64,000 nt of DNA from Lingula anatina (taxonomy: Eukaryota > Animalia > Brachiopoda): the NCBI GenBank assembly GCA_051362555.1, contig CM120649.1, positions 9,052,001-9,116,000 on the forward strand. Direction: 5' to 3'. This document shows positions 63,009-64,000 of this stretch, piece by piece. The notes under the pieces were generated by a model. It ran no database searches. It was not told where the DNA came from and saw only the letters and a list, made by a program, of their open reading frames with translations. The first letter of the stretch is position 1; every line of letters starts with the position of its first letter. The translations under genes and the position numbers were made by a program.

Positions 63009-63679
63009 TTAACCGTGTACAGAATGACTATCGGTGCTGTAAAATGGCTTTAAATTTCTAGTCCAACTTCTAGTTGTTAACCAAGTCTAGTCTTGAAAAT
63101 AAATTGTTAAAAGTGGATATTATGAGAAGTAAAATCGTTTTTACGCATATAGCTTCCTTTTTTCATAGGGTTCACATAAATGTCAAAAAATAAGCACATA
63201 AAATTAGAGTTAAATAAAATAGTCCTAATCAGTATACCGGACTCAAAAATGTATCGTCTCTAAATTGAAAACTATCAGACCTTCAAAGATATTCATACCA
63301 TGGACACTGAAAACTTTTAAGATTAAAAGACATAAAGCATGATTTTTGATAGTGCACTTTAAATGTCCTCAATGTACCAAATATGATTTCAATTCATTTA
63401 AACACTTTGTCATTATATATAATTTTATTTGATGTAGTTATTAATTGTAATTATTTAGTTTATTTATTGTACAATTTAACTACTTCAAGTTGTAAGAAAG
63501 CGTTATCATTACTGAATGATACTTTGCACACCATGCAGGCCTTCCGCGGCGCGACCGTTCCGCGATCAAGCCGTTCAACTGTTCTCGGCCAACGGGGTCT
63601 TTCAAAATTAACATTGCTCTGACAGAGGAGAAATTCTTTCCAAATTACGGTCTTAAACCGTGCGTACAGTACTCTTTAC

Positions 63680-63795
63680 CAGGCCTACCCAACTACCAGA
63701 CTCGGCACCTAAGGATCCTGAATTAACCGGTATATCGGACCACGCTACCCGTTTTCAAGGTGTGTGTCAGATCGCATTTCGGAGTATCATACCCC
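63680..63795 (+). mobile_element. Solo/partial TIR of the 54259-54576 MITE family
   Basis: CAGGCCTACCCAACTACCAGACTCGGCACC...GGACCACGCTACCCGTTTTCAAGG matches that TIR. Confidence 0.75.
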
Positions 63796-64000
63796 AGAAC
63801 AAATTTTGTAGCACGACTGCGGGCTCATCCACGCTCGGCTGAACAACCTTAAACTGTACTCTTACTTTAGAGTACTCTATTTTATTGTCTCTATGGGGAT
63901 ATATGGGGACTTAACGACATTCGGTTTGAATGTTTTAACCACTTTTGATAGGGCTTTTTTGCATTGTATTAGATTAATGTGGCAGTCTAAGGTTCATCTA

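Noticed and set aside
57617-64000. Additional protein-coding gene in the last 6 kb
   Set aside because: Only short low-complexity ORFs and MITEs are present, consistent with AP1S 3'UTR and intergenic DNA.

Overview
AT-rich, intron-containing animal DNA, most likely an invertebrate deuterostome (inferred from gene order and repeat types). Reading splice sites by hand gives five genes. (1) A minus-strand 6-exon gene for a ~958-aa protein with two THAP domains, a 35-aa internal repeat and seven C2H2 fingers (503-6429). (2) A plus-strand secreted UMOD/GP2/OIT3-type D8C-domain gene with a frameshift (9516-14210). (3) WDFY1/2 (17018-25911, 11 exons), which has a probable U12-type intron with an atypical donor. 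(4) DHRS12 (minus, 28976-33982), whose exon-2 end and splice donor are amplified as a 78-bp in-frame array. (5) AP-1 sigma (34724-57616), head-to-head with DHRS12, with two alternative last exons. The AP1S introns are inflated by nested mobile DNA: a 6.8-kb TIR element with an exact 7-bp TSD that carries its own spliced mini-gene, a Helentron/HINE-like element with a 146-bp dimeric satellite, and a self-nested HINE sitting in the exon-4 polypyrimidine tract. Several MITEs and microsatellites are scattered through the window. All models come from manual reading; no searches were run.
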